NCBI GenBank assembly: GCA_043824495.1
Contig: JBDRSV010000024.1
Span: 107,816-171,815, forward strand
Reading direction: 5' to 3'
Length of the DNA: 64,000 bases
Origin: Candidatus Aenigmatarchaeota archaeon
Lineage (GTDB): Archaea > Aenigmatarchaeota > Aenigmatarchaeia > QMZP01
Positions 30,275 through 40,776 of the stretch are shown here, piece after piece. The translations under genes and the position numbers were made by a program. Numbering within the stretch: position 1 is the stretch's first letter; the number at the start of each line of letters is the position of its first letter. The notes under the pieces were generated by a model. That model did no database searches. It was not told where the DNA came from and saw only the letters and a list, made by a program, of their open reading frames with translations.

Positions 30275-32800
30275 TTATTTTATGATATGAATTGCAACTG
30301 ATTTTTCATATCCTTTTATGAAATCTTCTACCATGTCTCTTGCTGTAGTGTCTGAATGTTGTATTGGTGGATGCTTCATGAAATAAGCTGATGGACCTTC
30401 TAAGTAGCCTCCGATACCTCTATCTTTTGCTATTTTTGCACAGCGAATACCATCTATTACTACACCAGCAGAATTTGGAGAATCTTCTACAGAAAGTCTG
30501 AGTTCTAAATTAAGAGGAACATCTCCGAATTTTCTTCCTTCCATTCTAATGAAACAAATCTTGTTATCTTTCTGCCATGGAACATAATCACTTGGTCCAA
30601 TATGAATATTTTCTGGTTCTAGTGGTATTGGTAATTGAGACTGAACAGCTTCTGTCTTGCTGATTTTTTTGCTCTTGAGTCTTGATCTCTCAAGCATGTT
30701 TAGGAAATCTGTGTTATGAACTAATATGTTTGAACAAATAAACCGTTCAAATGGTTTTGTGCTTATGTCATAAACATACACATCTTTTAATTTTATTTTT
30801 CTAATGTTTTTTATCTTAAGGAAGCGAGTATCGCCTGTACATAATTGTTTAATTTTTTCTCTTTCAAACTCACTTTTAACTTTATCCAATTGAGAAAGAA
30901 CTATATGAGTTCTAATTGATCCGTGTTTGTACCACGTTGTTGATTTTATTTTCCATTTTTTCAAAAGTTTTATATTTGGTATTCGATGTGTTCCATAACG
31001 TTTTAATTTATTATTAGTATTGAGCATTGCCTTTTTCTTGTAATCTTGTAAAAATCCTACTTTATTTATGAACAATTCCATATCAATTTTTGATGATATT
31101 AATCCATGCCAAGCATACCCTAGTTTGCTGTTATATGCAGTTCTAGTGCTACTATATCTTTCCTTGAAAATTGTTGAATTTATTCCTAATCTCAAAAACA
31201 ATGTCTGTATATCATTCAAAAGGTCACGAGAAACAGATGTCCATCTTATCTGTTTTCCTGTAACACCACCATCACCACTTAAATAACCTCTTAAAACTAA
31301 TGATATTTGTCTATCTGATAAATTAAAAATCCATTCTGGTATCCGTTTTGTATAAGCATTTCCCCCTAAACCAATAGCTAACTTAAATATTTTAGACAAT
31401 ATTTTTGAATGAATCCTTACACTAATACCGTCATTTCTAACGCTATATCCAATATTAAATCTATCTGTTAAACTATCTATAAGGTACATACACTCAGGTT
31501 CAGCACCGCATGCAATTTCTATATTAGATGAACCTTCTCTATCATAATTACCATCTGCAATCCATAAACCAACCAACTGTAAAAGATCATCTGTAATTGG
31601 GAATTTAACAGGAATTTTTATTTCAGGATGACCACGGACATTTATATGACCGTCTGATACACCATCAACTAATAATTTATTACTATATGGACTTAGATCT
31701 ATACTTTCAATTTCTTCTGATTTAGCATGTGGTAACACTCTAGGAACAGCAATATACGTTTCATTTCCTTTTAGTATTTTTACAGGGATTTCATTTAATA
31801 TACCGTCATCGCTTAATGTAAAGACATTATGATCCCCTGTGATTTTTATTGTCCTACCTTCTTCGGTAGTTATTTCATAAATAGGTTCAGATACCTTATG
31901 TCGTATTAGTGCATTTATATCTGATAGGACAACGTTATAATTATCATTTATAGTAAAACATCGCATATTTTCATTAATTTCTTTCATAATTACAATGTCT
32001 TTTCCATCAGATCTTTTCTTACCATAAAGCTCCAAATAAGAGTCTATCAAATCTCCAATTTTAACCCGCTTTAATTGATTGTTTATAACTACAGGAACCT
32101 CCTGATCTCCTGTTACACTGTTCCCCCCAGTATTCAATTGATATGTCCTATCAATCTTTATTCCTCTATCAGAGAATAACTTTGTTAAAACTCTATGTGT
32201 AATTGTTGCACCTAATTGACTCTTAATATCATCACCAATAATAGGAATTCCTTTTTCCTTGAACTTATCACCCCATTCAGGATTTGATGCAATGAAAACA
32301 GGCATACAGTTAATGAATCCAACACCTGCATCTAAACAAGCTTGTGCATAGAACTTAGTTGCTTCTTCACTTCCAACAGGCATGTAATTAATTAGCACAT
32401 CAGCCTGACTATCCTTCAACACTTGAACAACATCCACATTTTTTTTCCCTGATTTTTTAAATCTATTATCTTCAGGATAATTATTCATATGATCTGCTAC
32501 ACCATCTAACACAGGTCCCATCTGAACTTCCACTCCAATGTGAGGAACATCCTTATAAAATATAGTAGTGTTGTTAGGCTTTGCGAATATTGCTTCCGAC
32601 AAATCTTTATCTACCTTTCTCTCATCAATATCAAAAGCAGCTACTGGTTTAATATCAGATATTTTATATTCACCTAGAATATTATGCATTAGACCTGATA
32701 CTGGTTTACTAGAATCTACATCTTTGTAATAGAATAATCCCTGAACAAGACTAGAACAACAATTACCAACTCCAGCAAATGCAACCTTTATTTCTGTCAT
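30275..32800 (-). CDS. ino1: Inositol-3-phosphate synthase containing an intein
   Basis: [16 protein letters not shown]; [15 protein letters not shown]; LNTGGN/TDFLNM split by the insertion; DSPNSAG. Confidence 0.92.
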   Translation of the reverse strand: MTEIKVAFAGVGNCCSSLVQGLFYYKDVDSSKPVSGLMHNILGEYKISDIKPVAAFDIDERKVDKDLSEAIFAKPNNTTIFYKDVPHIGVEVQMGPVLDGVADHMNNYPEDNRFKKSGKKNVDVVQVLKDSQADVLINYMPVGSEEATKFYAQACLDAGVGFINCMPVFIASNPEWGDKFKEKGIPIIGDDIKSQLGATITHRVLTKLFSDRGIKIDRTYQLNTGGNSVTGDQEVPVVINNQLKRVKIGDLIDSYLELYGKKRSDGKDIVIMKEINENMRCFTINDNYNVVLSDINALIRHKVSEPIYEITTEEGRTIKITGDHNVFTLSDDGILNEIPVKILKGNETYIAVPRVLPHAKSEEIESIDLSPYSNKLLVDGVSDGHINVRGHPEIKIPVKFPITDDLLQLVGLWIADGNYDREGSSNIEIACGAEPECMYLIDSLTDRFNIGYSVRNDGISVRIHSKILSKIFKLAIGLGGNAYTKRIPEWIFNLSDRQISLVLRGYLSGDGGVTGKQIRWTSVSRDLLNDIQTLFLRLGINSTIFKERYSSTRTAYNSKLGYAWHGLISSKIDMELFINKVGFLQDYKKKAMLNTNNKLKRYGTHRIPNIKLLKKWKIKSTTWYKHGSIRTHIVLSQLDKVKSEFEREKIKQLCTGDTRFLKIKNIRKIKLKDVYVYDISTKPFERFICSNILVHNTDFLNMLERSRLKSKKISKTEAVQSQLPIPLEPENIHIGPSDYVPWQKDNKICFIRMEGRKFGDVPLNLELRLSVEDSPNSAGVVIDGIRCAKIAKDRGIGGYLEGPSAYFMKHPPIQHSDTTARDMVEDFIKGYEKSVAIHIIK
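30713..32119 (-). mobile_element. 469-aa intein with a LAGLIDADG homing endonuclease
   Basis: Starts SVTGDQ and ends NILVHN before Thr; LVGLWIADG and LRGYLSGDG motifs; the extein is 372 aa. Confidence 0.92.
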
Positions 32801-32866
32801 GTTTTACACCTGTAAAATAGTTGGTCAAGAAAGTATATATACTTTACGTGTGTAAATTATTCAATA

Positions 32867-33178
32867 ATGAAACCTTTAGAGAGACTAGAGAAATTGAATA
32901 CAAGTGATTGTTTGTGGGTCTACATTCTTAGTATACTGAATAAGACTCCTATGCATGCATATGCGGTAAGAAAAGAAGTGGAAAAAAGGTTTGGTTTTAC
33001 ACCAGGAAATGTGACATCTTACAAGGTTTTATATTTACTCAAAAGAAATGGTTATGTAAGTAAGAGTAAATATGGTAGAACAATTGTATACGACATAACT
33101 ACAGATGGAAAGAAAGAACTGAAAAAAGCAGCAGGCTTCTACAGAAGTCTTGCTCAAAAGCTTGAGGCGAGAAAATGA
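32867..33178 (+). CDS. PadR-family transcriptional regulator
   Basis: PMHAYAVRKEV...YKVLYLLKRNGYV...YDITTDGKKEL. Confidence 0.85.
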   Translation: MKPLERLEKLNTSDCLWVYILSILNKTPMHAYAVRKEVEKRFGFTPGNVTSYKVLYLLKRNGYVSKSKYGRTIVYDITTDGKKELKKAAGFYRSLAQKLEARK

Positions 33179-33765
33179 CACTGTATAAGAAAAGAAAAAA
33201 ATTCGATTCACATTCAAAAAAACTAGGATCGTTTTTCTCTAAGTTTGGTCTATCTCCAAATCAGTGGACTATGGTTGGTTTTATTCCAGCCATAATAACT
33301 GCTTATTTTCTGTATGTAGGAAGCTTGTCTCTAGCTGCTTTATTCTTCATAATTACTATAGTAGTTGATGTGATAGATGGTTCTGTTGCAAGACATATGG
33401 GAAAATCAACTAAACTAGGAGCATATTTGGACACTGTGGTTGATAGATATGTAGAACTCATAATCATCATAGGATTGCTATTCGTATCAATGCCTGTTAT
33501 ACTTCTACCCATGTATGCATGGATCTTCTTGTTCTTATTCGGATCAATGATGACTACGTATGTAAAAGCAGCTGCAGTTGAAAAGGGTTTAACTACAAAG
33601 GAAATCAAAGGTGGACTGCTTGAAAGAACAGATAGAATGGTTATTCTGCTGATTGGACTTCTTTTGGGTATAGTTAATCCATTATATTTGAGTTATGTTA
33701 TTATCTTGTTAGCAATACTCACAAACATTTCTGCTTTACAAAGATTTTCTATTGCAACGAGTTAA
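33175..33765 (+). CDS. CDP-alcohol phosphatidyltransferase (probable archaetidylinositol phosphate synthase)
   Basis: DVIDGSVARHMGKSTKLGAYLDTVVDR; adjacent to ino1. Confidence 0.85.
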   Translation: MTLYKKRKKFDSHSKKLGSFFSKFGLSPNQWTMVGFIPAIITAYFLYVGSLSLAALFFIITIVVDVIDGSVARHMGKSTKLGAYLDTVVDRYVELIIIIGLLFVSMPVILLPMYAWIFLFLFGSMMTTYVKAAAVEKGLTTKEIKGGLLERTDRMVILLIGLLLGIVNPLYLSYVIILLAILTNISALQRFSIATS

Positions 33766-33803
33766 GGATAAATTATTTAAACAGGAACATACATCTTGTT
33801 CTC

Positions 33804-34067
33804 ATGACAGATTTAGATCTCAGTGATTATTTAGTAGCTAGAACATACTTAACGGAATTTCCTGAAGATCCTACACATGAGGATATAGGGACACTTATTC
33901 AGCTGGCAGATTCTCATGACCATTTCGTGATAAGAGAAAGAGCTTATGATATCTTAGGCAGACTTGGATATCCTACTGAGTTACATGTAGCTGCAGTTGA
34001 TCCTCATCTTGTTGTAAGAAAAACTGGAAATAGATGGTTGAATGAGTGGAAAGTGTTATATGTCTAG
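33804..34067 (+). CDS. Hypothetical protein
   Basis: 87-aa ORF downstream of a TATTTAAA box. Confidence 0.6.
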   Translation: MTDLDLSDYLVARTYLTEFPEDPTHEDIGTLIQLADSHDHFVIRERAYDILGRLGYPTELHVAAVDPHLVVRKTGNRWLNEWKVLYV

Positions 34068-34097
34068 ATATTTAAACCCCTTTTCTATAGTCCTACT

Positions 34098-35285
34098 ATG
34101 AGTCAATTCTCAAACATAGAAGATGCTATACATGATGTAAAACAAGGAAAACCTATCATAGTTGTAGATGATGAACACAGGGAAAATGAGGGAGATTTAA
34201 TTGTTGCTGCAGAAAAAGCCACTCCAGAAAATATTAATTTCATGGCTAAATTTGGAAGGGGTTTAATTTGTACTCCTATTACCAGAGAAAGAGCATCAGA
34301 ACTTGGTTTAGATTTAATGGCTAGAACAACAGATAGACATGGTACTGCTTTTACTGTTTCAATAGATCACAAAGATACAACAACAGGAATATCTGCCACT
34401 GAAAGATCACTTACAATACAAAAAATTATAGACGAGAATTCTAAAAAAGAAGATTTTTATCAACCTGGTCATGTGTTTCCTTTAATCAGCCTAAAAGGTG
34501 GAGTGCTACATAGAGCAGGTCATACAGAAGCTACTGTAGACTTAGCTGTTCTAGCTGGTTTGAAACCAGCTGGTGTTTGTTGTGAAATAATGAAAGAAGA
34601 TGGAGAAATGGCAAGACTCCCTGATTTATTAGAATTTGCTAAAACACATGAATTGAAAATCATAACAATAGCTGATTTAATTCAGTATAGAACAAAGAAA
34701 GACAAGCTCATAGAAAGAATCACAGAAATCAAGATGCCAATAAAATATGGAGAATTCAGAGCATTTGGTTACAAAGACAAAGTGTATGGTGAAGAATTTT
34801 TGGTTCTAGTAAAAGGTGAAATTAAAGATAATGTTCTAGTTAGAGTGCATTCAGGGTGTGTTACAGGTGATATTTTCGGTTCTAAAAGATGTGATTGTGG
34901 TCCTCAGTTAGATGCAGCTTTGAAACAAATTTCAGAAGCTGGCAATGGTGTTTTACTATACATACAACATCACGAAGGAAGAGGAATTGGTTTGCTAAAT
35001 AAACTAAAAGCTTACGAGCTTCAGGATCAAGGTCATGATACAGTGGAAGCAAATGAGAAATTAGGATTCAAACCAGATTTGAGAGATTATGGTTTAGGAG
35101 CTCAAGTTCTTGTTGATCTAGGACTGAAAAAGATACGATTACTTACAAATAATCCAACAAAAATAGTCGGTTTAGAAGGATATGGACTCGAGATAACAGA
35201 GAGAGTTCCTCTCAAAACAGTACCAAATGAATACAACCATAAATACCTAGAAACTAAGAAAGAGAAGATGGGTCACGAGTTATAG
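34098..35285 (+). CDS. ribBA: Bifunctional DHBP synthase/GTP cyclohydrolase II
   Basis: [10 protein letters not shown]; RAGHTEA; [20 protein letters not shown]; [10 protein letters not shown]. Confidence 0.95.
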   Translation: MSQFSNIEDAIHDVKQGKPIIVVDDEHRENEGDLIVAAEKATPENINFMAKFGRGLICTPITRERASELGLDLMARTTDRHGTAFTVSIDHKDTTTGISATERSLTIQKIIDENSKKEDFYQPGHVFPLISLKGGVLHRAGHTEATVDLAVLAGLKPAGVCCEIMKEDGEMARLPDLLEFAKTHELKIITIADLIQYRTKKDKLIERITEIKMPIKYGEFRAFGYKDKVYGEEFLVLVKGEIKDNVLVRVHSGCVTGDIFGSKRCDCGPQLDAALKQISEAGNGVLLYIQHHEGRGIGLLNKLKAYELQDQGHDTVEANEKLGFKPDLRDYGLGAQVLVDLGLKKIRLLTNNPTKIVGLEGYGLEITERVPLKTVPNEYNHKYLETKKEKMGHEL

Positions 35286-35369
35286 CTACTTTTGAACGTA
35301 TTTAAGTCAAAAAGCTTATAAATCCTATATAAATAATACAAACCTAAGGGATGAAATCCCTCTTATGGG

Positions 35370-35756
35370 ATGGAGGTAAAAAATATGGCAAAACCAAGTT
35401 TTGTAACATTCGATGTTCCTGCAGATGTAGTAAATAAAATATATGAGGCACTTTCCCTAGCAAACACTACAGGTAAGATAAGAAGAGGAGTAAACGAAGC
35501 AACAAAAGCAATAGAAAGAGGAAGCGCAAAGTTTATTGTTATTGCAGAAGATGTAACTCCTGAAGAAGTAATCATGCACTTACCGTTGTTATGTAAGGAA
35601 AAGAAAATACCTTATGCATTTGTTCCTACAAAAGCAGAATTGGGAAAAGCATCAGGAATAGATGTTCCAACATCTTCATTAGCTGTGCTTGAAGAAGGCG
35701 ATTCTAAGAAAATCTTCGCAGAAGTTAAAGCTAAATTAGATGCTTTGATCAAGTGA
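35370..35756 (+). CDS. rpl7ae: Ribosomal protein L7Ae
   Basis: RRGVNEATKAIERG...AEDVTPEEVIMHLPLLC. Confidence 0.95.
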   Translation: MEVKNMAKPSFVTFDVPADVVNKIYEALSLANTTGKIRRGVNEATKAIERGSAKFIVIAEDVTPEEVIMHLPLLCKEKKIPYAFVPTKAELGKASGIDVPTSSLAVLEEGDSKKIFAEVKAKLDALIK

Positions 35757-35962
35757 TTGTTATGGTAGTATCAGCAGAAGTAGTTCAAGTCGCAGGTAAA
35801 TTGGGCGTCAAAGGCGTAAGCAGAGTTAGATGTAAGGTTCTTGACGGTCGTGATAAGGACAAAATAGTCACAAGAAACGTTTCAGGTCCTATCAGAAAAG
35901 GCGATATTATACTATTAAAAGACACCTCAATGGATAGCGTGTCTTCACTTCAGAAGAGATAG
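35753..35962 (+). CDS. rps28e: Ribosomal protein S28e
   Basis: AEVVQV...VRCKVLDGRDKDKIVTRNVSGPIRKGDI. Confidence 0.92.
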   Translation: MIVMVVSAEVVQVAGKLGVKGVSRVRCKVLDGRDKDKIVTRNVSGPIRKGDIILLKDTSMDSVSSLQKR

Positions 35963-35964
35963 AT

Positions 35965-36160
35965 TCTCTGACTTCTGATAATAAATTCCTTCTTATTAGA
36001 AAGAATATCTTTGGATGAGAGGGGGGACTAAACGCTCCTCGAGGGTTCATATGTCCTACCTATAGGCAAAATAGAGCATGTGGGGCACGTAAAAGACGCT
36101 CCTATAAGAGAAACCCTAGAAGAAACTGGTATAACTCCCTTATTTGAGCAAGTTTGGTAG
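35965..36160 (+). pseudogene. Nudix hydrolase remnant
   Basis: Frame fragment GHVKDAPIRETLEETGI, a shortened Nudix box surrounded by stops. Confidence 0.4.
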
Positions 36161-36606
36161 GGTCATTTCAGATATTCTTGAAAAGGATAAATATGAAATT
36201 ATGTAGTGCTTGTTTGCTTGGAGTTAAGTGTAGATACAATGGGAAAGATAAAGCAGACGAAAAAATACTAGAACTATCCAAGAAAGAAGAATTGATACCC
36301 GTTTGTCCAGAACAACTTGGTGGATTATCTACTCCTAGAGAGCCAGCTGAACGGAAGGGAGACAGAATGATAACAATATCAGGTAAAGATGTTACTGAAA
36401 ATTTTGAAAGGGGAGCTGAAGAGACACTCAGAATAGCCAAAATGATGGGAGTGAAAGAGGCCATATTAAAACAAAAAAGTCCTTCTTGTGGATGTGGAAA
36501 AGTTTATGATGGAACATTCACTGGAAAAATAATTAAAGAGGATGGTATAACGGCATCTTTATTGAAAAGGAATGGTATTAAAGTGATGTCTGAAGAGGAT
36601 TTATGA
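36154..36606 (+). CDS. DUF523 family (2-thiouracil desulfurase-like) protein
   Basis: SACLLGVKCRYNG; PVCPEQLGGLSTPR; LKQKSPSCG; likely start 36193. Confidence 0.9.
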   Translation: MVGSFQIFLKRINMKLCSACLLGVKCRYNGKDKADEKILELSKKEELIPVCPEQLGGLSTPREPAERKGDRMITISGKDVTENFERGAEETLRIAKMMGVKEAILKQKSPSCGCGKVYDGTFTGKIIKEDGITASLLKRNGIKVMSEEDL

Positions 36607-36667
36607 TAAGTCCCTTCATGTAAACTATATAAATACCCAGGACAAATAAAACCAGATAGGTGATCAC

Positions 36668-36835
36668 ATGAAGTGTAGTTTTTGTGGTGAAGCAATAAAA
36701 GAAGGAACTGGAAAGATGTTTGTTAGAACTGATGCTAGAGTTTTTCATTTCTGCGGTTCTAAGTGCCAGAAAAACCAGAGAATGGGTAGAGTAGGAAAGA
36801 ACCTAAAGTGGACTAGTAAGTTCGAGAAGGGTTAA
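36668..36835 (+). CDS. rpl24e: Ribosomal protein L24e (missed by the ORF track, 55 aa)
   Basis: MKCSFCGEAIKEGTGKMFVRTDARVFHFCGSKC...LKWT. Confidence 0.92.
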   Translation: MKCSFCGEAIKEGTGKMFVRTDARVFHFCGSKCQKNQRMGRVGKNLKWTSKFEKG

Positions 36836-36841
36836 TTTTGT

Positions 36842-37033
36842 ATGAGAAAATATACTCTTACTTTCAGAGATGATCCAACATTTCTACTAGAAGAATCCGG
36901 TGTTGATGTTCTAGCTAATATGACAAAACCACCTGTACGATTTTATCCATCAGGTGATATTAGAAATGACCTTCCTGACTCAAGAGATTTTCTGCTTCAG
37001 ATGCTTAGAGATCGTGGTTACGGGGACAGGTAA
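36842..37033 (+). CDS. Small hypothetical protein
   Basis: 63-aa ORF. Confidence 0.45.
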   Translation: MRKYTLTFRDDPTFLLEESGVDVLANMTKPPVRFYPSGDIRNDLPDSRDFLLQMLRDRGYGDR

Positions 37034-37783
37034 CTAAACAGATTCAATAAACTCTTTTTCTAAGAAGTGTAATTCACCAGGAATGAGTATTACTGATGGT
37101 GTTGTTTTGATATTTTTAGTTATCAATTCTTTTGCTTTACCTGAAACTATTTGTTGTTCTCCACCAATTTGATAAACACCTATAACAAGAGTTTCTTCTG
37201 TTATTACGTCTTGTTTCTTTTCTTTTTCCATGTCTATGAGAATTTCTAACCCTTCTTTGACTGTCATGTATCTGTTTTCTTCTGATTTTACATCAAGCAA
37301 AACAAGTGTGTGTAGGCCATTTTTCTTGTTTTTCTGAATTGTTTCATAACAACTTGTAGGTTTGTAATTATCTTGTGGATAAGCTATAGTTGTGGTGGCT
37401 CCGAATTTGTATGGTTGTAAACCACTTTCTCCTATAGCTGAGTAAATACTAGAACCATGAATTACTTGAGTTTCAATTCCTGCTTTCTTTGCATCAAGAA
37501 TAATAGATGTGTGTGTAGTTGCTACTAGAGCATCTCCACCTACTAGAATTCCTACGTTCTTTTCTTTTGCTTCCTTCAGAATTGTTTCAATACCCTCTTC
37601 TAAATCACTTCTTTTGATCTCTTTTACTGGTTTTCCTATTAGCTTATTTAGTTTCTTCTCGTCTATATTCATTCTGGTTGTGTATAGTTCCAAGTAAAGA
37701 ATGTCACATTTCTGAGCTGTTTCTAAAGCTCTGATACTCATATCTTTCTCATCATACAATCCAAGTGAAATTAAGTATAACAT
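37034..37783 (-). CDS. dph5: Diphthine synthase
   Basis: LYLISLGLYDEKDMS; GDALVATTH; YKFGATTTI; GLHTLVLLD. Confidence 0.95.
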   Translation of the reverse strand: MLYLISLGLYDEKDMSIRALETAQKCDILYLELYTTRMNIDEKKLNKLIGKPVKEIKRSDLEEGIETILKEAKEKNVGILVGGDALVATTHTSIILDAKKAGIETQVIHGSSIYSAIGESGLQPYKFGATTTIAYPQDNYKPTSCYETIQKNKKNGLHTLVLLDVKSEENRYMTVKEGLEILIDMEKEKKQDVITEETLVIGVYQIGGEQQIVSGKAKELITKNIKTTPSVILIPGELHFLEKEFIESV

Positions 37784-37882
37784 ATTTATCCCATCTGAGC
37801 AAGCAATCCCTTTCTTCTTACTCTCTTAAATGAATAGTAGTATAACGGTATTTAAAGAATAAGTTTTACCTGTTTAAATGTT

Positions 37883-38254
37883 TCATGTATAAAGTGGTTT
37901 TAGATCATCTACAGGATACACACCAAGAGTTTTAATGTAGGTTCTAGTTCCTTTTAGTGAATAAGCGTGTCTGATGTGGACACCCAATCTTCTTTTAAAT
38001 CCACCAAGTGTCGACTCTGCGCTAACTAGTTTATCAGAAAATTCATCTAGATCATATTCTGTTCCAAATGAAGCCAAATCGTCTCTTAATCTCCTACTTC
38101 TCTCTCTAGATGATATATTTATTTCTGCTGGATTTGTGTAATCTATTCCATGTTTTCCACAGAAATCGGATATCTGGGTAAGTGTAAGAAGATCATCCAG
38201 AAGAACTCCACTAGCTTCTCTTAGAAAAGCTGCTGTGTTATCGTTATTTGCCAT
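37883..38254 (-). CDS. Hypothetical protein
   Basis: The ORF track gives 37883-38368; the likely start is MANND. Confidence 0.55.
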   Translation of the reverse strand: MANNDNTAAFLREASGVLLDDLLTLTQISDFCGKHGIDYTNPAEINISSRERSRRLRDDLASFGTEYDLDEFSDKLVSAESTLGGFKRRLGVHIRHAYSLKGTRTYIKTLGVYPVDDLKPLYT

Positions 38255-38295
38255 ACGGAGTAATAATAAGAAATAATTTAAATAAGTTTTCCATG

Positions 38296-38577
38296 CTAAA
38301 CAGAACCTATAATGATTAGAGCTACTACGATAACCAAAGCTAGCATAAGCATAAATATCTGTTTCCATGAACTGAAAAAGAATTTTGCCATGAAGAATAA
38401 TATTATCAGTATTAGTACACCGGCTAGAATAGTTCCTTCTATACCTATGTTACTAACAGGGTTGAGAGAACCCATTAATTCTAGAAATAGACCAAAGATA
38501 CCACTCAGTGTACTCATAGTGTTCCCTATAACAAGTTGTATCATTTCAAGTATCACAATCAATGGAGCATCTGCCAT
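38296..38577 (-). CDS. Small membrane protein
   Basis: Hydrophobic 93-aa ORF. Confidence 0.65.
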   Translation of the reverse strand: MADAPLIVILEMIQLVIGNTMSTLSGIFGLFLELMGSLNPVSNIGIEGTILAGVLILIILFFMAKFFFSSWKQIFMLMLALVIVVALIIIGSV

Positions 38578-38602
38578 TGATTAATAATTAGTCTGAGTGC
38601 AT

Positions 38603-39787
38603 TTATTTCTTTGTGAGGATCTCAACTATGTCTCCATCCTTGAGCTCGTACTCTGCACCCACTTTCTTACGATCTGTCTTCATTCCACCTATGAATTTAT
38701 CTGCTAAATCTGTGTGGATTTTTCCAGCGAACTGTTTCAAATGAGTTCCTCTAGGAACTAAATGTACGTCTGGTAGAACATTTCCATCTTTATCTGTCAT
38801 TTTACCTATGTTTGTAACTGGATAAACAGCTATCATATCGAGTGTTTCAAAAACAGTATGATTCAATATATTTTGTATACCAGTAGATTCATATTTAACA
38901 AGAATTTTTTCTTTTATGAACTCTAAAGCTGAGATTTGTTTTGGTGTTAGTCTATGCGCAACAACTATCTCAAAGTCTTTATCTCCTGGATTATATTTGA
39001 TGAAACCATGCTCATTAGCTTCTCTTAAAGCTAGTTCACACTCGGCTGTACATGGAATTATATGTTTATGTTTATCATGTAAAAGTTTGAAATTCTTCTG
39101 ACCATCCTCTGTATCTATTTTATTTCCTGCTATCACAATAGGTTTGTTTCTTTTTCTTAGCTCACTTACTAAATGTATTAAATGATCTTCTTTTGTGTGC
39201 ACTTCTATGTCTAATTTCTTAACTTCGTCTCTAACAGTTTCATAATCTAATTGTAAACCTGACAATTGTTCGTAAATTAAATCTTCTAGTTTTGCATCAG
39301 TTGTTTCAGCTTTTTTAGAGAGTTGTTTCCAGTTGTTTTTTAATATTTGAAACATCCAATAATCTATTTCTCTAGGTAAGAAATGGATATCTTCTTCAGG
39401 ATCATGCGAACCTGCTTTTACAGGATTACCTTCCCCGTCTGTTCCTCCAGATAGATCAACTACATGAATTAGTCCTGATGCTGTCATAATGTCTGTTAGA
39501 AATTGATTACCTAAACCCTTTCCCTTATGTGCATCCGGAACAAGTCCTGCTATGTCTATAAGTCTGACTGGTATGTATCTAATTCCGTCAATACATTTAG
39601 AATTCTTAGGCTTGCAAGTAACTCCTTGTGTCTTACAAGGACATTCTGCTGTTACGTAAGCAACACCTTGGTTAGGTTTGATTGTTGTGAATATTCTGTT
39701 GCTTATTTCTATGTCTATCAGAGTAGCTGCTTTGAAGAATGTTGATTTACCTGTGTTTGATTTACCTACAACCCCTATTTGGATCAT
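38603..39787 (-). CDS. YchF-related Obg-family GTPase with TGS domain
   Basis: GKSNTGKSTFF; FTTIKPN; DIAGL; GNKID; C-terminal TGS. Confidence 0.92.
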   Translation of the reverse strand: MIQIGVVGKSNTGKSTFFKAATLIDIEISNRIFTTIKPNQGVAYVTAECPCKTQGVTCKPKNSKCIDGIRYIPVRLIDIAGLVPDAHKGKGLGNQFLTDIMTASGLIHVVDLSGGTDGEGNPVKAGSHDPEEDIHFLPREIDYWMFQILKNNWKQLSKKAETTDAKLEDLIYEQLSGLQLDYETVRDEVKKLDIEVHTKEDHLIHLVSELRKRNKPIVIAGNKIDTEDGQKNFKLLHDKHKHIIPCTAECELALREANEHGFIKYNPGDKDFEIVVAHRLTPKQISALEFIKEKILVKYESTGIQNILNHTVFETLDMIAVYPVTNIGKMTDKDGNVLPDVHLVPRGTHLKQFAGKIHTDLADKFIGGMKTDRKKVGAEYELKDGDIVEILTKK

Positions 39788-39822
39788 ATGATATATTTAT
39801 TTAGTAAATTTAAAAACGATTC

Positions 39823-40191
39823 ATGGGCTTCAATTCCGGTAACCAGTTCAGAATTGCAGGTATACTTTTGATATTGGAAACTATAGCTCTTCTATATTTC
39901 TCTATCGTTCCGTATGCATCTATAGACACTGGGATAGAAGCATTGCGCCTCGGAGACTTCGAACACTTGATGGCTTATCTCATCTATGCTCTTTTAGCTG
40001 AGCGAGTATTAAGTCAGACAAAATTCAAGAAGCATAGAGTTATACTAGCATTCTTAATTGCAGCAGCTTTTGGTGGAATAAATGAGGTTATACAATCTTT
40101 CATTCCTTTGAGAGAAGCAGATATGATTGATTTAGCCTTTGATACTGTTGGTTCTGTCATCGGTAGCTTTTTGCTTGGTCTTAAGAAATGA
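39823..40191 (+). CDS. VanZ-like membrane protein
   Basis: EHLMAYLIY; NEVIQSFIPLREADMIDL. Confidence 0.8.
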   Translation: MGFNSGNQFRIAGILLILETIALLYFSIVPYASIDTGIEALRLGDFEHLMAYLIYALLAERVLSQTKFKKHRVILAFLIAAAFGGINEVIQSFIPLREADMIDLAFDTVGSVIGSFLLGLKK

Positions 40192-40207
40192 TTTTTTATA
40201 ACCTTCT

Positions 40208-40228
40208 ATATCCCTTTAAATAGACAAT
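40208..40228 (+). repeat. Island-edge motif, copy D
   Basis: ATATCCCTTTAAATAGACAAT; bulged hairpin at 40232-40272. Confidence 0.9.
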
Positions 40229-40303
40229 ATAAAGGGGAAAGTGTGATTGGTGGTCACACTTTTTCTCCCCTTGTAGCACCCGGAGAAGCTGCTCGCGTTG
40301 CAG

Positions 40304-40768
40304 TTAATCGTCGAGGTCGAGATCCTGAATGGGACCGTCTGCGGGATCGATCGCCTTGTCGGTACATGTGAACTCATTGCCGTGACCCTCACCGAAGTTG
40401 GCTCGGGCCGTGATCTGGAACGTGCCGTCTGTTGACGCCGCGGGGACAATTGTGGTAGGCGAAGTAACCGCGAAGAACATTGTGTCCTTGGACCCACTGG
40501 CAGGAGCAGGTTTGAACTCGATCGTTGTGTCGCTGTCGCCATAGTCGAAGCGGGCAGCGGGAGCCAATGAGCGAGTTAAACTGCTACTGCGAAAGGCTTC
40601 AATGCCTCCGGACAAACCGAGGTCGATAGCCTTGTCCCTGGCGATCTTCTCGATTGTTGTGCTTCTTACGTCTACTTTTACATCATTCAGAACTGTGTCC
40701 CCGAACTTCAGGTTGATTTTAATGCTGTCGGCCACGATACCCCTCCGTTTCTGCGTGATCAATGTCAC
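40304..40768 (-). CDS. Hypothetical protein (Ig-like, acidic)
   Basis: 154-aa ORF. Confidence 0.6.
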   Translation of the reverse strand: MTLITQKRRGIVADSIKINLKFGDTVLNDVKVDVRSTTIEKIARDKAIDLGLSGGIEAFRSSSLTRSLAPAARFDYGDSDTTIEFKPAPASGSKDTMFFAVTSPTTIVPAASTDGTFQITARANFGEGHGNEFTCTDKAIDPADGPIQDLDLDD

Positions 40769-40776
40769 GTCTGTGA

